From NCBI GenBank assembly GCA_045533905.1, contig JAZSIR010000004.1, positions 1 to 38,741 on the forward strand: a stretch of DNA of 38,741 nucleotides, written 5' to 3'. The stretch comes from Clostridia bacterium (lineage in GTDB: Bacteria; Bacillota; Clostridia; UMGS1883; UMGS1540). Position 1 is the stretch's first letter. Every line of letters starts with the position of its first letter. A program made the translations under genes and the position numbers. Shown here piece after piece: positions 10,169-20,452 of this stretch. The notes beneath the pieces are model-generated. The model had not been told where the DNA came from. It saw only the letters and a list, made by a program, of their open reading frames with translations, and searched no databases.

Positions 10169-11209
10169 ATGAAAATTCGTTGGGGAATTATCGGCTGCGG
10201 CGGCATTGCCAGAAGAAGAACCATTCCGGGTCTTGTAGGCGCGGCCAATGCAGAACTTGTAGCCGTTATGGATACAAATGAAACATTTGCAAAAGAGGTA
10301 GCAGAAGAATTTGGTGTAAAATACGCTTTTTCCGATCTCGATTCGCTCCTCGCGCTTCCGGAAGTGGATGCTGTGTACATCGCCACCCCTGTTTTCTGCC
10401 ATAAGGAACAGGTGATTGCGGCGGCCAATGCCGGCAAGCATATCCTACTCGAAAAGCCGATGGCTATGACGAGTGCGGAAGCAGAAGAACTGAAAGTACT
10501 CTGCGAAGAAAAGGGCGTACGTTTAAGCATCGGCCTTATGATGCGCTTCCACGCCTACCACGAAGAAATGAAGCGTCTTATTGCGGAAGGCGCAATCGGC
10601 GATATCGTTTCCATTCGTTCGCAGTTTGCCTGCTGGTATCCGGATATTCCGGGCGTATGGCGTCAGGATAAATCGAAATCCGGCGGCGGCGCACTTGTGG
10701 ACCTTGGCGTACACTGCATTGACCTTGTGCAGTATGTAACCGGTCTTCGCGCCACGGAAGTTACGGCATTTTGCGATACGCAGACCTTCTCCTACGGCGT
10801 AGATGACAGCGCAAGCGTACTTCTCCGTATGAACAACGGCGCACTTTGTGTAATCGAATCGAACTTCAACATTCCCGATGATGCCGTAACGGGCAAAATC
10901 GAAATCTACGGCACCGCCGGCAGTATGCGTGCAGACGGCACCCTCGCACAGGAAGAAGTTGGTACGGTGCACGTACTTACGAGCGACAGCACAAAGGGCT
11001 ACGATGCTTCGCAAAACCGCGGCCCCATCGTTCCTACTGTGATTGACGTGCCCACGGGCAATATGTACACGAAGGAAGTAGAACGCTTCGGCGACGCGAT
11101 TATAAACGGCACCGCATCTCCCGTACCGGCAGAAGATGCCATCTTCGTACAGAAAATTGTGGAAGCGGCATACCGCGCAAACGACGAAAAGCGTTTCGTA
11201 ACGGTGTAA
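10169..11209 (+). CDS. Gfo/Idh/MocA family NAD(P)-dependent oxidoreductase
   Basis: IRWGIIGCGGIA, AGKHILLEKPMA, GGGALVDLGVHCID. Confidence 0.92.
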   Translation: MKIRWGIIGCGGIARRRTIPGLVGAANAELVAVMDTNETFAKEVAEEFGVKYAFSDLDSLLALPEVDAVYIATPVFCHKEQVIAAANAGKHILLEKPMAMTSAEAEELKVLCEEKGVRLSIGLMMRFHAYHEEMKRLIAEGAIGDIVSIRSQFACWYPDIPGVWRQDKSKSGGGALVDLGVHCIDLVQYVTGLRATEVTAFCDTQTFSYGVDDSASVLLRMNNGALCVIESNFNIPDDAVTGKIEIYGTAGSMRADGTLAQEEVGTVHVLTSDSTKGYDASQNRGPIVPTVIDVPTGNMYTKEVERFGDAIINGTASPVPAEDAIFVQKIVEAAYRANDEKRFVTV

Positions 11210-11212
11210 AAT

Positions 11213-12934
11213 ATGCGCACATTTTTAAGGTTTTCGAAATATTATAAGCCTTATCTCTGGATTATGGCGGCGGATCTTGTATGCGCCGCCTTTTCCGGTG
11301 CCTGCGAACTTGTGTTTCCTGTCATTGTGCGCGAAATCACGAACCGGGCAACCGCCGGCACGCTCGTGATGTCTCTTATCTGGCGTCTTGGCGGGCTCTA
11401 TATGGCGCTTCGCCTTCTCGATACACTCGCAAACTATTATACAAGCAATATGGGGCACGTGATGGGCGCACGGCTTGAAACCGATATGCGCCGCGATTTA
11501 TTTGATCATCTGCAGAAGCTTTCCTTCCGGTTTTACGATAATGCGAAGGTGGGGCAAATTATGTCCCGCATCACACACGACCTTTTTGACGTCACTGAAT
11601 TTTCGCATCATTGTCCGGAGGAATTTTTTATTTCCGGCATTAAAATTATCGGTGCTTTTATTATTTTACTTCGCGTAAATGTGCCCTTAACGCTCATTCT
11701 CTTTCTGCTTCTTCCGATGATGCTTCTCTCGCGCATACTTCTTCGCCGCAAGATGAAGGCGGCGTTCCAGCGCCAGAGGGAAGAGGTGGGCGAGCTTAAC
11801 GCGTCCATTGAGGATAACCTCCTCGGTATTCGCGTTGTAAAAAGCTTTGCCAATGAACAGTATGAAAAAGAGAAGTTTGCGGGAGGAAACCGCCGCTTTT
11901 TCCTCGCAAAGAAGAACGCCTACCGCTATATGGCACTTTTTCACGGCGGCATCCGTTTCTTTGATGGGCTTATGTACATTGCCGTTATCGTTATCGGCGC
12001 GGCGTATCTTTTGGCGGGCAAAATTTCGCCCGGTGATTTTCTTGCGTACCTTTTATATATTCAAACGCTTATCGCGTCCCTTCGCCGCCTTGTGGAGTTT
12101 ACCGAGCAGTTCCAAAGGGGCATTACGGGGATAGAACGCTTCATGGCCATTATGGATGCACCTGTGGAAATTGCGGATAAAGAGGGCGCTTTGCCACTTG
12201 CCGTTTCCGAGGGGCGGGTGGAGTTTTCCAATGTAAGCTTTCGCTACTCTGATGAGGGCGAGGAAGTGCTTTCGCACGTAAATCTCACAGTTTCCCCCGG
12301 CGAGAATGTCGCAATTGTGGGGCCTTCCGGCGGCGGCAAAACCACCATGTGCAGCCTTATCCCGAGGTTTTATGAAGCTGCAAGTGGGCAGGTTTTAATT
12401 GACGGGCAGGATGTAAAAGACGTGACGCTCGAATCCCTTCGCAAAAATATCGGCATCGTGCAGCAGGATATTTATCTTTTTGGCGGCACGGTGGGCGAGA
12501 ATATTCTGTACGGAAACCCCGCGGCATCGCGGGAGGAAATGGAAGAAGCGGCCCGTCTTGCAGGCGCAGATTCCTTCATAAAAGCGCTCCCGAATGGGTA
12601 TGATACGTATGTGGGCGAGCGCGGCGTAAAGCTTTCGGGCGGGCAGAAACAGCGCATTGCCATCGCGCGGCTTTTCCTTAAAAATCCGCCGATTCTGATA
12701 CTTGATGAAGCGACAAGCGCGCTCGATAATGAGAGCGAAAGAATGGTGCAAGCCTCTCTCGACCGCCTTTCCAAAGGCCGCACAACCTTCACGGTTGCGC
12801 ACCGCCTCACCACGGTCCGAAATGCCGACAGAATACTGGTCCTTACCGAGCAAGGTATCGAGGAAAGCGGCACGCACGAAGAACTTCTCGAAAAAGGCGG
12901 TATCTATTCGCGCCTTCACGCGCTGTATACCTAA
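11213..12934 (+). CDS. ABC exporter, fused permease/ATPase (MsbA/MdlB-like)
   Basis: N-terminal TM domain, Walker A GPSGGGKT, LSGGQKQR signature, ILILDEATSALD, AHRL. Confidence 0.93.
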   Translation: MRTFLRFSKYYKPYLWIMAADLVCAAFSGACELVFPVIVREITNRATAGTLVMSLIWRLGGLYMALRLLDTLANYYTSNMGHVMGARLETDMRRDLFDHLQKLSFRFYDNAKVGQIMSRITHDLFDVTEFSHHCPEEFFISGIKIIGAFIILLRVNVPLTLILFLLLPMMLLSRILLRRKMKAAFQRQREEVGELNASIEDNLLGIRVVKSFANEQYEKEKFAGGNRRFFLAKKNAYRYMALFHGGIRFFDGLMYIAVIVIGAAYLLAGKISPGDFLAYLLYIQTLIASLRRLVEFTEQFQRGITGIERFMAIMDAPVEIADKEGALPLAVSEGRVEFSNVSFRYSDEGEEVLSHVNLTVSPGENVAIVGPSGGGKTTMCSLIPRFYEAASGQVLIDGQDVKDVTLESLRKNIGIVQQDIYLFGGTVGENILYGNPAASREEMEEAARLAGADSFIKALPNGYDTYVGERGVKLSGGQKQRIAIARLFLKNPPILILDEATSALDNESERMVQASLDRLSKGRTTFTVAHRLTTVRNADRILVLTEQGIEESGTHEELLEKGGIYSRLHALYT

Positions 12935-12949
12935 AATTTCAAAAAAAGC

Positions 12950-12978
12950 TTGACAAAATAGGGAAAACTGTGTATACT
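12950..12978 (+). promoter_or_regulatory. Sigma-A promoter for the Val T-box operon
   Basis: TTGACA-17 bp-TATACT. Confidence 0.75.
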
Positions 12979-12995
12979 ATAACAAATGCATATGG

Positions 12996-13265
12996 CTAAA
13001 GGCAATGAAGAGAAGGAGTACCTACACCGGAAACGTATAGAGAGAAGCGGATGGTGGAAGCGCTTTCGCGGAAGGGTAGGGAAGTAGTCTCGGAGCTGCG
13101 GACCGAAAAAAGCATTCAGCTTTGAGTAGACTTCGACGGAAACCTAACCGTAAAATAGGGTGCGGCATATAAAGTGCCGAATAAGGCCTCGGCGCGTGAG
13201 CGTCAGGCGAAGTTAGGTGGTACCACGAGTCATTCGTCCTAATACTTAGGGTGAATGGCTTTTTT
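12996..13265 (+). ncRNA. T-box riboswitch, Val specifier
   Basis: GGAGTA, AGAGAG box, GGTGGAA, specifier loop GAA-GTA-G (GUA at 13084-13086) closed by GAGA/TCTC, stem II AGTA, T-box AGTTAGGTGGTACCACG, terminator AGTCATTCGTCCTAA...TTAGGGTGAATGGCT-TTTTT. Confidence 0.9.
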
Positions 13266-13293
13266 GTTTATCCGATACGAAAGGAAGAAAAAA

Positions 13294-14925
13294 ATGGAAC
13301 TTATTAAACGTTTCTTAAAACGCACCGAATTTGAAAGCTATGCGGATTTTCGCGAGAACTTCCATCTGGAGGTCCCCGAAAAATTCGAATTTGCGAGAGA
13401 CGTCGTCGATGCATGGGCCGAGGCAGAACCTGAAAAACGCGCCCTCGTGTACTGCGATGATGAAGGCTTTTCCAAAACCTTTACCTTCTCTGAAATTTCT
13501 ACGCTTTCGAAAAAGGCGGCCACATATTTTACAGAAATGGGCATAAAGAGGGGTGACCGCGTGCTCACGCTCCTTCGTCGCCGCTATGAATACTGGATTA
13601 TTGCCACGGCTCTCCACAGAATCGGCGCCGTTGTCATTCCCGCTTCCATTCAGCTTCGTGCAAAAGATATTGACTATCGCCTCGTGCAGGCCGATGCTAA
13701 ATGCGTTATTGCGATAAACGATGAATTTGTAGTACAGCAAGTAGGGAGCCTTCGCACAAAAGTCGGCGTAATTTTCGTCGGCGATGAAAAAGTAGAAGGA
13801 TATCCGTACTTTAATGGCGAATATGAGTCCTGCGCTTTGTATGACGCGCCCGACGAAGGCAAAAATGAAGACCCGATGGTCATTTACTTTACCTCGGGCA
13901 CAACAGGCTACCCGAAAATGGCGGTGCATAACCGCACATACCCACTCGGGCACATTATGACGGCGAGATACATGCAGTGCGTACAAAATAACGGTCTCCA
14001 TTTAACGCAGGCCGATAGCGGCTGGGCAAAATTTGGCTGGGGCAATATTTACGGGCAATGGATTTGCGGCAGCGCCATTTTGGGGTATGACCCCATCCGC
14101 TTTAGTCCCGAACACCTTATGGAGCATATGCGCGAATTTAAACCTACTTCCGTTTGCATTCCGCCCACGATGTACCGTTTCCTACTCAAGGCGGGCGTCG
14201 GGCGTGAGCATCTCGAATCGGTAAAATGGTTTGCTACAGCCGGTGAACCTTTAAGCGGCGAAGTAAACAGCGCCTTCTATGACCTTTGCGGAAAGTATAT
14301 CCACGAAGGGTATGGGCAGAGCGAAGGCACGCCGATTACCTGCTCTTTTGAGTGGATGGACATTCGCCCCTCTTCGATGGGCAAGCCGTCTCCGCTTTAT
14401 GACGTAGCGCTTATCGATAAAGACGGCAACCGCTGCGCACCGGGTGATGAAGGCGAAGTCGTTATGTTTATTCACGATGGCCAGAAGGTAGGCCTTCTCG
14501 ATTATTATTATCAAGACGGCGAACGAATTGACCCCTTGGAAGACGGCATTTATCATACGGGCGACATTGCGTATGAGGATGAGGATGGCTACTACTGGTA
14601 CGTGGGCAGAAATGACGATATGATTAAATGCTCGGGCTACCGCATCGGGCCTTTCGAAATCGAAAGCATATTAAATACGCACGAAGCCGTAAAGGAATGC
14701 GCCATTGTAGGGCGTCCCGATGAAATCCGCGGCCAGATTGTATGCGCCGTTGTGGTACTGACACCGGGATTTTCCCCGTCGGACGAGCTTACGAAGGAAC
14801 TGCAAACCTACGTAAAGAAAATGACGGCACCGTACAAATATCCCCGAAAGATTGAATATGTTCCGGAACTTCCGAAAACCACTTCAGGCAAAATTACGAG
14901 AAATGCGCTTCGCAGCACGAAATAG
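13294..14925 (+). CDS. AMP-forming medium/branched-chain acyl-CoA synthetase (ANL superfamily)
   Basis: [59 protein letters not shown]; AAAGGAAG RBS favours ATG 13294. Confidence 0.9.
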   Translation: MELIKRFLKRTEFESYADFRENFHLEVPEKFEFARDVVDAWAEAEPEKRALVYCDDEGFSKTFTFSEISTLSKKAATYFTEMGIKRGDRVLTLLRRRYEYWIIATALHRIGAVVIPASIQLRAKDIDYRLVQADAKCVIAINDEFVVQQVGSLRTKVGVIFVGDEKVEGYPYFNGEYESCALYDAPDEGKNEDPMVIYFTSGTTGYPKMAVHNRTYPLGHIMTARYMQCVQNNGLHLTQADSGWAKFGWGNIYGQWICGSAILGYDPIRFSPEHLMEHMREFKPTSVCIPPTMYRFLLKAGVGREHLESVKWFATAGEPLSGEVNSAFYDLCGKYIHEGYGQSEGTPITCSFEWMDIRPSSMGKPSPLYDVALIDKDGNRCAPGDEGEVVMFIHDGQKVGLLDYYYQDGERIDPLEDGIYHTGDIAYEDEDGYYWYVGRNDDMIKCSGYRIGPFEIESILNTHEAVKECAIVGRPDEIRGQIVCAVVVLTPGFSPSDELTKELQTYVKKMTAPYKYPRKIEYVPELPKTTSGKITRNALRSTK

Positions 14926-14939
14926 AAAGGATTTTAAAG

Positions 14940-17555
14940 ATGAGAAACATTGATAAAACCTATGAACCGCAAAAAGTAGAGAAAAAGCTGTATCAAAGAT
15001 GGCAGGAAAACGGGTATTTCAAGGCTTCGCCCGATAAGAATAAGAAGCCGTTCTGTATCGTAATTCCCCCTCCGAACGTAACGGGGCAGCTGCACATGGG
15101 CCACGCGCTTGATGAAACGCTGCAGGATATTTTAATCCGTTGGCGCCGTATGCAGGGATACAGCGCACTCTGGGTGCCGGGAACCGACCATGCCGGTATT
15201 GCCACGCAGATTAAGGTAGAAGAAAACCTTCGTAAAACAGAAGGTCTCACTCGTCACGACCTCGGCCGTGAAAAGTTTTTGGAGCGCGTATGGGACTGGA
15301 AGAACCAGTACGGTGATAGAATTATCAACCAGCTCAAAAGCCTTGGTAGTTCTTGCGACTGGTCGCGCGAGCGCTTTACGATGGACGAAGGCTGCTCCCG
15401 TGCCGTGCGTGAAGTTTTCGTAAGCCTCTATGAAAAAGGTTTAATTTATAAGGGTAACCGCATTATTAACTGGTGCCCCAAGTGCCGCACCGCGCTTTCG
15501 GACGCTGAGGTAGAATACAGCGAACAGGGCGGTCATTTCTGGCATATCCGTTACCCCATCAAAGGGGAAGACGGCTTTGTGGAAATTGCCACCACCCGTC
15601 CCGAAACGCTTCTCGGCGATACCGCTGTTGCGGTAAATCCGGAGGACGAACGCTACACAGCCCTCGTTGGAAAAATGCTCGTTTTGCCGCTTGTAGGCCG
15701 CGAAATTCCGGTAGTTGCAGACGATTATGTAGATAAAGAATTCGGTACCGGTGCCGTTAAAATCACACCGGCACACGACCCGAACGACTTTGAGGTAGGT
15801 CTTCGCCATAACCTCGAACAGATTCGCGTTTTGGATGATGATGCCAAGATTTCCTTCCCCGGAAAATACCAGGGCATGGACCGCTATGAGGCACGCCGCG
15901 CGATGGTGGAGGATCTTGAAAAAGAAGGTCTCCTCATTAAAACCGTGGAACATAGCCATAACGTGGGCGCTTGCTACCGCTGCGGCACTACGGTAGAACC
16001 TTTAACAAGCGAACAATGGTTTGTAAAAATGGAGCCGCTTGCAAAAGAAGCGATGCGCGTTGTAGAGGACGGCACGATTTCCTTCGTTCCGAACCGCTTC
16101 TCCAAAACATATATGAACTGGATGGAAAATGTGCATGACTGGTGCATTTCCCGTCAGCTTTGGTGGGGCCACCGCATTCCGGCGTTTTACTGCGAAGATT
16201 GCGGCAAGATGATTGTATCGCGCGAGGATATCGATACATGTCCCTGCGGCGGCAAAATGCGCCAGGAGGACGATGTTCTTGATACGTGGTTTAGCTCCGC
16301 GCTTTGGCCGTTCTCTACGCTCGGTTGGCCGGATAAGACGGAAGAACTCGATTACTATTACCCCACAAGCGTTCTCGTAACGGGATACGATATTATCTTC
16401 TTCTGGGTAGCCCGTATGATTTTCTCCGGTATGGAGCACATGGGTAAAGAACCCTTCAAACACGTATTTTTGCACGGTCTTGTGCGTGACAGTCAGGGAC
16501 GCAAAATGTCGAAATCTCTCGGCAACGGCATCGATCCCCTCGAAGTTATCGAGGAATATGGTGCCGACGCTCTCCGCTTTACGCTTGCCACGGGTAACTC
16601 CCCCGGTAACGATATGCGTTTCTACATGGAGCGCGTAGAAGCCAGCCGCAACTTTGCCAATAAGCTTTGGAACGCGGCACGCTTCGTTCTTATGAATCTC
16701 GATATTGAAAAAGTAGAGCTTCCGAAAAATCCGCAGATGGAAGATAAGTGGATTTTGTCGAAGTACAATACACTCGTAAAAGAAGTTACGGATAATCTCG
16801 AACACTACGAAATCGGCGTTGCGCTCGGCAAGGTGTATGACTTTATCTGGGATATTTACTGTGACTGGTACATTGAGCTTACAAAGCCGCGTCTTTACGA
16901 TGCAGAATGCCCCACAAGAGAAGATGCCCAGAATACGCTTTCGTTTGTCCTCGCCGGCACATTAAAGCTTTTGCATCCGTTTATGCCGTTTGTAACCGAT
17001 GAAATCTATTCGGCACTCCCGACGGGCGACGACAGCATTATGATTTCTGATTGGCCCGTGGCAAATGATGCCCTTTCCTTCCCGAAGGAAGAAGCAGAAA
17101 TGGAAATCATCTGCGATGCCATCCGCGGCATCCGTAATGCAAGAGCAGAAATGCAGATTCCGCCGTCAAAGCGCGCAAATCTGTATATCGTAACAGAAGC
17201 GAGTGACCTTTTTGCAGGCAGTGCAGAGTTCTTTAAAAAGCTTGCAGGCGCATCTGAAGTCAGCATCCTTCCCGAGAAGAACGAACTGTGCGAAAAGGCA
17301 CTTACGGTTGTTGTAGACCGCGCCATGCTCTTTGTACCTACCGATGAACTTGTGGATAAGGAAAAGGAAATGGCCCGTCTTTTGAAAGAAAAGGCAAACC
17401 TCGAAAACGAGATAAAGAGAACAAGCGGCAAGCTTTCGAACGAAGGCTTCCTCGCGAAGGCACCGGCAAAGCTTGTAGAAGAAGAAAAGGCCAAACAGGC
17501 AAAGTACGAAGAAATGTTAGAAAAGGTGTTGGCGAGCATTGAAGCATTCAACTGA
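14940..17555 (+). CDS. valS: Valyl-tRNA synthetase
   Basis: [27 protein letters not shown] editing domain, [18 protein letters not shown]-terminal coiled coil. Confidence 0.99.
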   Translation: MRNIDKTYEPQKVEKKLYQRWQENGYFKASPDKNKKPFCIVIPPPNVTGQLHMGHALDETLQDILIRWRRMQGYSALWVPGTDHAGIATQIKVEENLRKTEGLTRHDLGREKFLERVWDWKNQYGDRIINQLKSLGSSCDWSRERFTMDEGCSRAVREVFVSLYEKGLIYKGNRIINWCPKCRTALSDAEVEYSEQGGHFWHIRYPIKGEDGFVEIATTRPETLLGDTAVAVNPEDERYTALVGKMLVLPLVGREIPVVADDYVDKEFGTGAVKITPAHDPNDFEVGLRHNLEQIRVLDDDAKISFPGKYQGMDRYEARRAMVEDLEKEGLLIKTVEHSHNVGACYRCGTTVEPLTSEQWFVKMEPLAKEAMRVVEDGTISFVPNRFSKTYMNWMENVHDWCISRQLWWGHRIPAFYCEDCGKMIVSREDIDTCPCGGKMRQEDDVLDTWFSSALWPFSTLGWPDKTEELDYYYPTSVLVTGYDIIFFWVARMIFSGMEHMGKEPFKHVFLHGLVRDSQGRKMSKSLGNGIDPLEVIEEYGADALRFTLATGNSPGNDMRFYMERVEASRNFANKLWNAARFVLMNLDIEKVELPKNPQMEDKWILSKYNTLVKEVTDNLEHYEIGVALGKVYDFIWDIYCDWYIELTKPRLYDAECPTREDAQNTLSFVLAGTLKLLHPFMPFVTDEIYSALPTGDDSIMISDWPVANDALSFPKEEAEMEIICDAIRGIRNARAEMQIPPSKRANLYIVTEASDLFAGSAEFFKKLAGASEVSILPEKNELCEKALTVVVDRAMLFVPTDELVDKEKEMARLLKEKANLENEIKRTSGKLSNEGFLAKAPAKLVEEEKAKQAKYEEMLEKVLASIEAFN

Positions 17556-18852
17556 TTTTAGCTATGAAGACGCGCTCTCCTTTATTCATGGCGCATTAAA
17601 ACTCGGTTCAAAACTGGGGCTTTCGAATATTCGGGAGCTCCTTCGCCGCATTGGAAGCCCCGAGAAAAAACTCCGTTTTATCCACGTGGCCGGCACAAAC
17701 GGCAAAGGGACAGTAACCACATCCCTTGCCGCCGTACTCACCGCCGCGGGATACCGCACAGGGGCATACACTTCGCCTTTTGTATACCGCTTTAACGAGC
17801 GGATGCAGATTGACGGCAAAGAGGTTTCCGACGAAGCGATTGCGAAAAGCACGTTTTTAGTAAAACAGGCGGCTGAAGCGATGGTCGCGGACGGGATGGC
17901 GCACCCGACGGAGTTTGAAATTGTAACGGCCGTCGGTATGCTCTGCTTCCTCGACGCGGAGTGCGACTTTGTTGCCCTTGAAGTGGGGCTTGGCGGCAGG
18001 CTCGATGCCACAAACGCCATCGAAAACCCGCTTTGCACGGCGATTTGCGCCATCGGGTATGACCATATGCAGTACCTTGGCGACACGCTTTCTCTTATCG
18101 CGGCAGAAAAATGCGGCATCTTAAAAGAGGGTGTGCCTGTGGTCGTCTATCGGGAGCAGCCCGAGGAGGCCGCCGCGGTCATTTCCCAAAAATGCAAAGA
18201 GAAAAACGCGCCGCTCCTTATTGCGGACGCGGCAACTATTTTAGAAAAAACACATCTCGGAAGCCGCTTTTCGGCACCCGGCTACCCCGAGCTTTTCATT
18301 CCGCTCGCAGGGGACCATATGGTGAAAAACGTGTGTGTAACCCTTGGAATTATCTCCGTACTTCGCGAGAAAGGCATTGAAATTCCGGACGAAGCGGTGC
18401 GCGAAGGCTTTATGAAGGTGCGGCACCGCGGGCGGTTTGAAACCGTTTCTGAGGAGCCCTTGTTCATACTGGACGGCGCCCATAATGATGACGGCATCGC
18501 GGCACTCGCCGAGGCGGTAAAAACGCTTTTTGCAGGCAAAAAACTCGTGTTTATCACGGGCATGCTCCAAGATAAAGAATATAAAAAGGCAATGGAGAAA
18601 ACGGGCGGGCTTTCCGATTTTACGGTGACCGTCACAGTCCCTTCTCCGCGCGCACTTTCCGCAGAAGCACTCAAAGCGTCCGCCGCGCCCTACCATAGGC
18701 GCGTGGCGGCGGCCGAAAGCATACCAAAAGCGGTGGCGATGGCATACGCGGAAAAACCGGATGTCATTATTGCCTTTGGCTCTCTCTATATGCTCGGGGA
18801 TGTGTATCGGGCGCTTTGTGCGGCCGGAAAGGTAGGTACACTATGCGAGTAA
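17539..18852 (+). CDS. folC: Folylpolyglutamate synthase/dihydrofolate synthase
   Basis: [39 protein letters not shown]; TTG start overlaps the valS stop (conserved valS-folC order). Confidence 0.95.
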   Translation: MKHSTDFSYEDALSFIHGALKLGSKLGLSNIRELLRRIGSPEKKLRFIHVAGTNGKGTVTTSLAAVLTAAGYRTGAYTSPFVYRFNERMQIDGKEVSDEAIAKSTFLVKQAAEAMVADGMAHPTEFEIVTAVGMLCFLDAECDFVALEVGLGGRLDATNAIENPLCTAICAIGYDHMQYLGDTLSLIAAEKCGILKEGVPVVVYREQPEEAAAVISQKCKEKNAPLLIADAATILEKTHLGSRFSAPGYPELFIPLAGDHMVKNVCVTLGIISVLREKGIEIPDEAVREGFMKVRHRGRFETVSEEPLFILDGAHNDDGIAALAEAVKTLFAGKKLVFITGMLQDKEYKKAMEKTGGLSDFTVTVTVPSPRALSAEALKASAAPYHRRVAAAESIPKAVAMAYAEKPDVIIAFGSLYMLGDVYRALCAAGKVGTLCE

Positions 18853-19388
18853 TATCCGGCTCGGCACGCGGACGAAAGCTCTCAAGCCTTGAAGGGCAGG
18901 ATACGAGACCCACAACCGACCGCGTAAAGGAATCTGTATTTAATATTATTATGCCGTATACAAGAGATGCGAGGGTGCTTGACCTTTTTGCCGGCAGCGG
19001 TGCAATGGGCATCGAAGCGCTTTCGAGAGGCGCAGAAAGTGCCGTATTTGTCGAGAATAACCGCGCGGCAGGGGAGATTGTAGAGAAAAATCTTAAGGAC
19101 ACGCGCCTTTTCGAAAAGGCAAAGCTTTGTATGGGCGACGCGCTCGCGTTTTTAGAGAACACGCGCGAAAAATTCACTTTAATTTTTCTCGACCCTCCGT
19201 ATGACGGCGGCTTCTACGCCCCCGTGCTTTCGAAAATTTCCGAGCGCGACATTCTCGATGCGGAAGGCGTCTTGGTACTCGAGAGACGGGCAGATGCACA
19301 GATAGAGGTGCCCGAAAACTTTGAAATCGTAAAAGACAGGAAATACGGCAAGACCGCGATTTCCGTTTTAATGTATAAGAAAGGATGA
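18843..19388 (+). CDS. rsmD: 16S rRNA m2G966 methyltransferase
   Basis: MRVISG.ARG, TRPTTDRVKESVFN, LDLFAGSG, FLDPPY. Confidence 0.93.
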   Translation: MRVISGSARGRKLSSLEGQDTRPTTDRVKESVFNIIMPYTRDARVLDLFAGSGAMGIEALSRGAESAVFVENNRAAGEIVEKNLKDTRLFEKAKLCMGDALAFLENTREKFTLIFLDPPYDGGFYAPVLSKISERDILDAEGVLVLERRADAQIEVPENFEIVKDRKYGKTAISVLMYKKG

Positions 19389-20359
19389 TGGATATGACAA
19401 AAACAATCGGCGTTTTAACAAGCGGCGGCGACGCACCGGGTATGAATGCGGCGATTCGTGCCGTTGTCCGTACCGGCTGTGCCAAAGGCGCACGTATGAT
19501 GGGCATTTACCGTGGCTTTCAGGGCCTTATGGAAGGCGAAATCAAGGAACTTACGCCCCGCAGCGTATCCGACATCCTGCAGCGCGGCGGCACCTTCTTG
19601 CAGTCGGCACGGTCAAAGGAATTCTGCGAAGAAGCAGGCATAAAGCGCGCCATTGAGGTAGCGCGCGTATTCGGTATGGATGCGGTTGTGGTTATCGGTG
19701 GCGACGGGTCCTTCCGCGGCGCACGCGACCTGAGCCTGCACGGGCTTCCGGCAGTAGGCATTCCCGGTACGATTGATAATGATATCGACTGCACGGAATA
19801 CACCATCGGCTATGACACGGCGCTCAATACCGCGATGGATGCTATCGATAAAATCCGCGATACGATTTCGAGCCATCAGCGCTGCAGTATTGTAGAGGTT
19901 ATGGGAAGAGGTGCAGGGCACATTGCCTTAAGCCTTTCCATTGCAAACGGCGCAGAAGCCGTAATTGTACCGGAGAAGGATTTCTCAATTGATGAAGATA
20001 TTGTAAAGCCGATTTTTGCCTGCAGAAACCGCGGCAAGAAGCATTATATTATTATTTTGGCAGAAGGTGTTGGCAAAGCCGAGGAAATTAAGGCCGGCAT
20101 CCACCAGAAAACAGGTATCGAGGCGCGTATTACCGTTCTCGGCTATATCCAGCGCGGCGGCAGCCCCACCGCGCGCGACAGAATCCTCGCAAGCCGTATG
20201 GGAAGCCACGCGGTCGATATTCTTTTGGACGGATGCGACAGCCGTATTGTCGTCATCCAAAACGGCGTGGTTACGGATATTCCGATGGAGGAAGCCTTCA
20301 ATATGAAGAAGACCATATCGCCCTCCGACCTTGCGCTCACCAAGATTTTATCCACATAA
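19385..20359 (+). CDS. pfkA: ATP-dependent 6-phosphofructokinase
   Basis: LTSGGDAPGMNAAIR, GGDGS, PGTIDND, EVMGR, LGYIQRGG; true start may be ATG 19394. Confidence 0.96.
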   Translation: MMDMTKTIGVLTSGGDAPGMNAAIRAVVRTGCAKGARMMGIYRGFQGLMEGEIKELTPRSVSDILQRGGTFLQSARSKEFCEEAGIKRAIEVARVFGMDAVVVIGGDGSFRGARDLSLHGLPAVGIPGTIDNDIDCTEYTIGYDTALNTAMDAIDKIRDTISSHQRCSIVEVMGRGAGHIALSLSIANGAEAVIVPEKDFSIDEDIVKPIFACRNRGKKHYIIILAEGVGKAEEIKAGIHQKTGIEARITVLGYIQRGGSPTARDRILASRMGSHAVDILLDGCDSRIVVIQNGVVTDIPMEEAFNMKKTISPSDLALTKILST

Positions 20360-20425
20360 GCGACAAACAAAGTCAAAAAACACATCGGTAAAGTGACATA
20401 TTTTGCACCTCTTTTCCTGTATACT
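20359..20425 (+). promoter_or_regulatory. Putative Spo0A-activated spoIIG promoter
   Basis: GTGACA-21 bp-TATACT (over-long spacer like B. subtilis PspoIIG); degenerate 0A-box-like AGCGACA, AGTCAAA, AGTGACA. Confidence 0.5.
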
Positions 20426-20452
20426 GAAAGGGACGGGAAGAGAGGTGCTTTT

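Noticed and set aside
13255-13293. N-terminal extension of the acyl-CoA synthetase in the ORF track (likewise longer starts at 9516, 18816, 20393, 24060, 25177, 25821, 27951, 30844, 32287, 38357)
   Set aside because: These upstream starts lie in terminators, promoters or adjacent genes; downstream ATGs have better RBSs or match family N-termini
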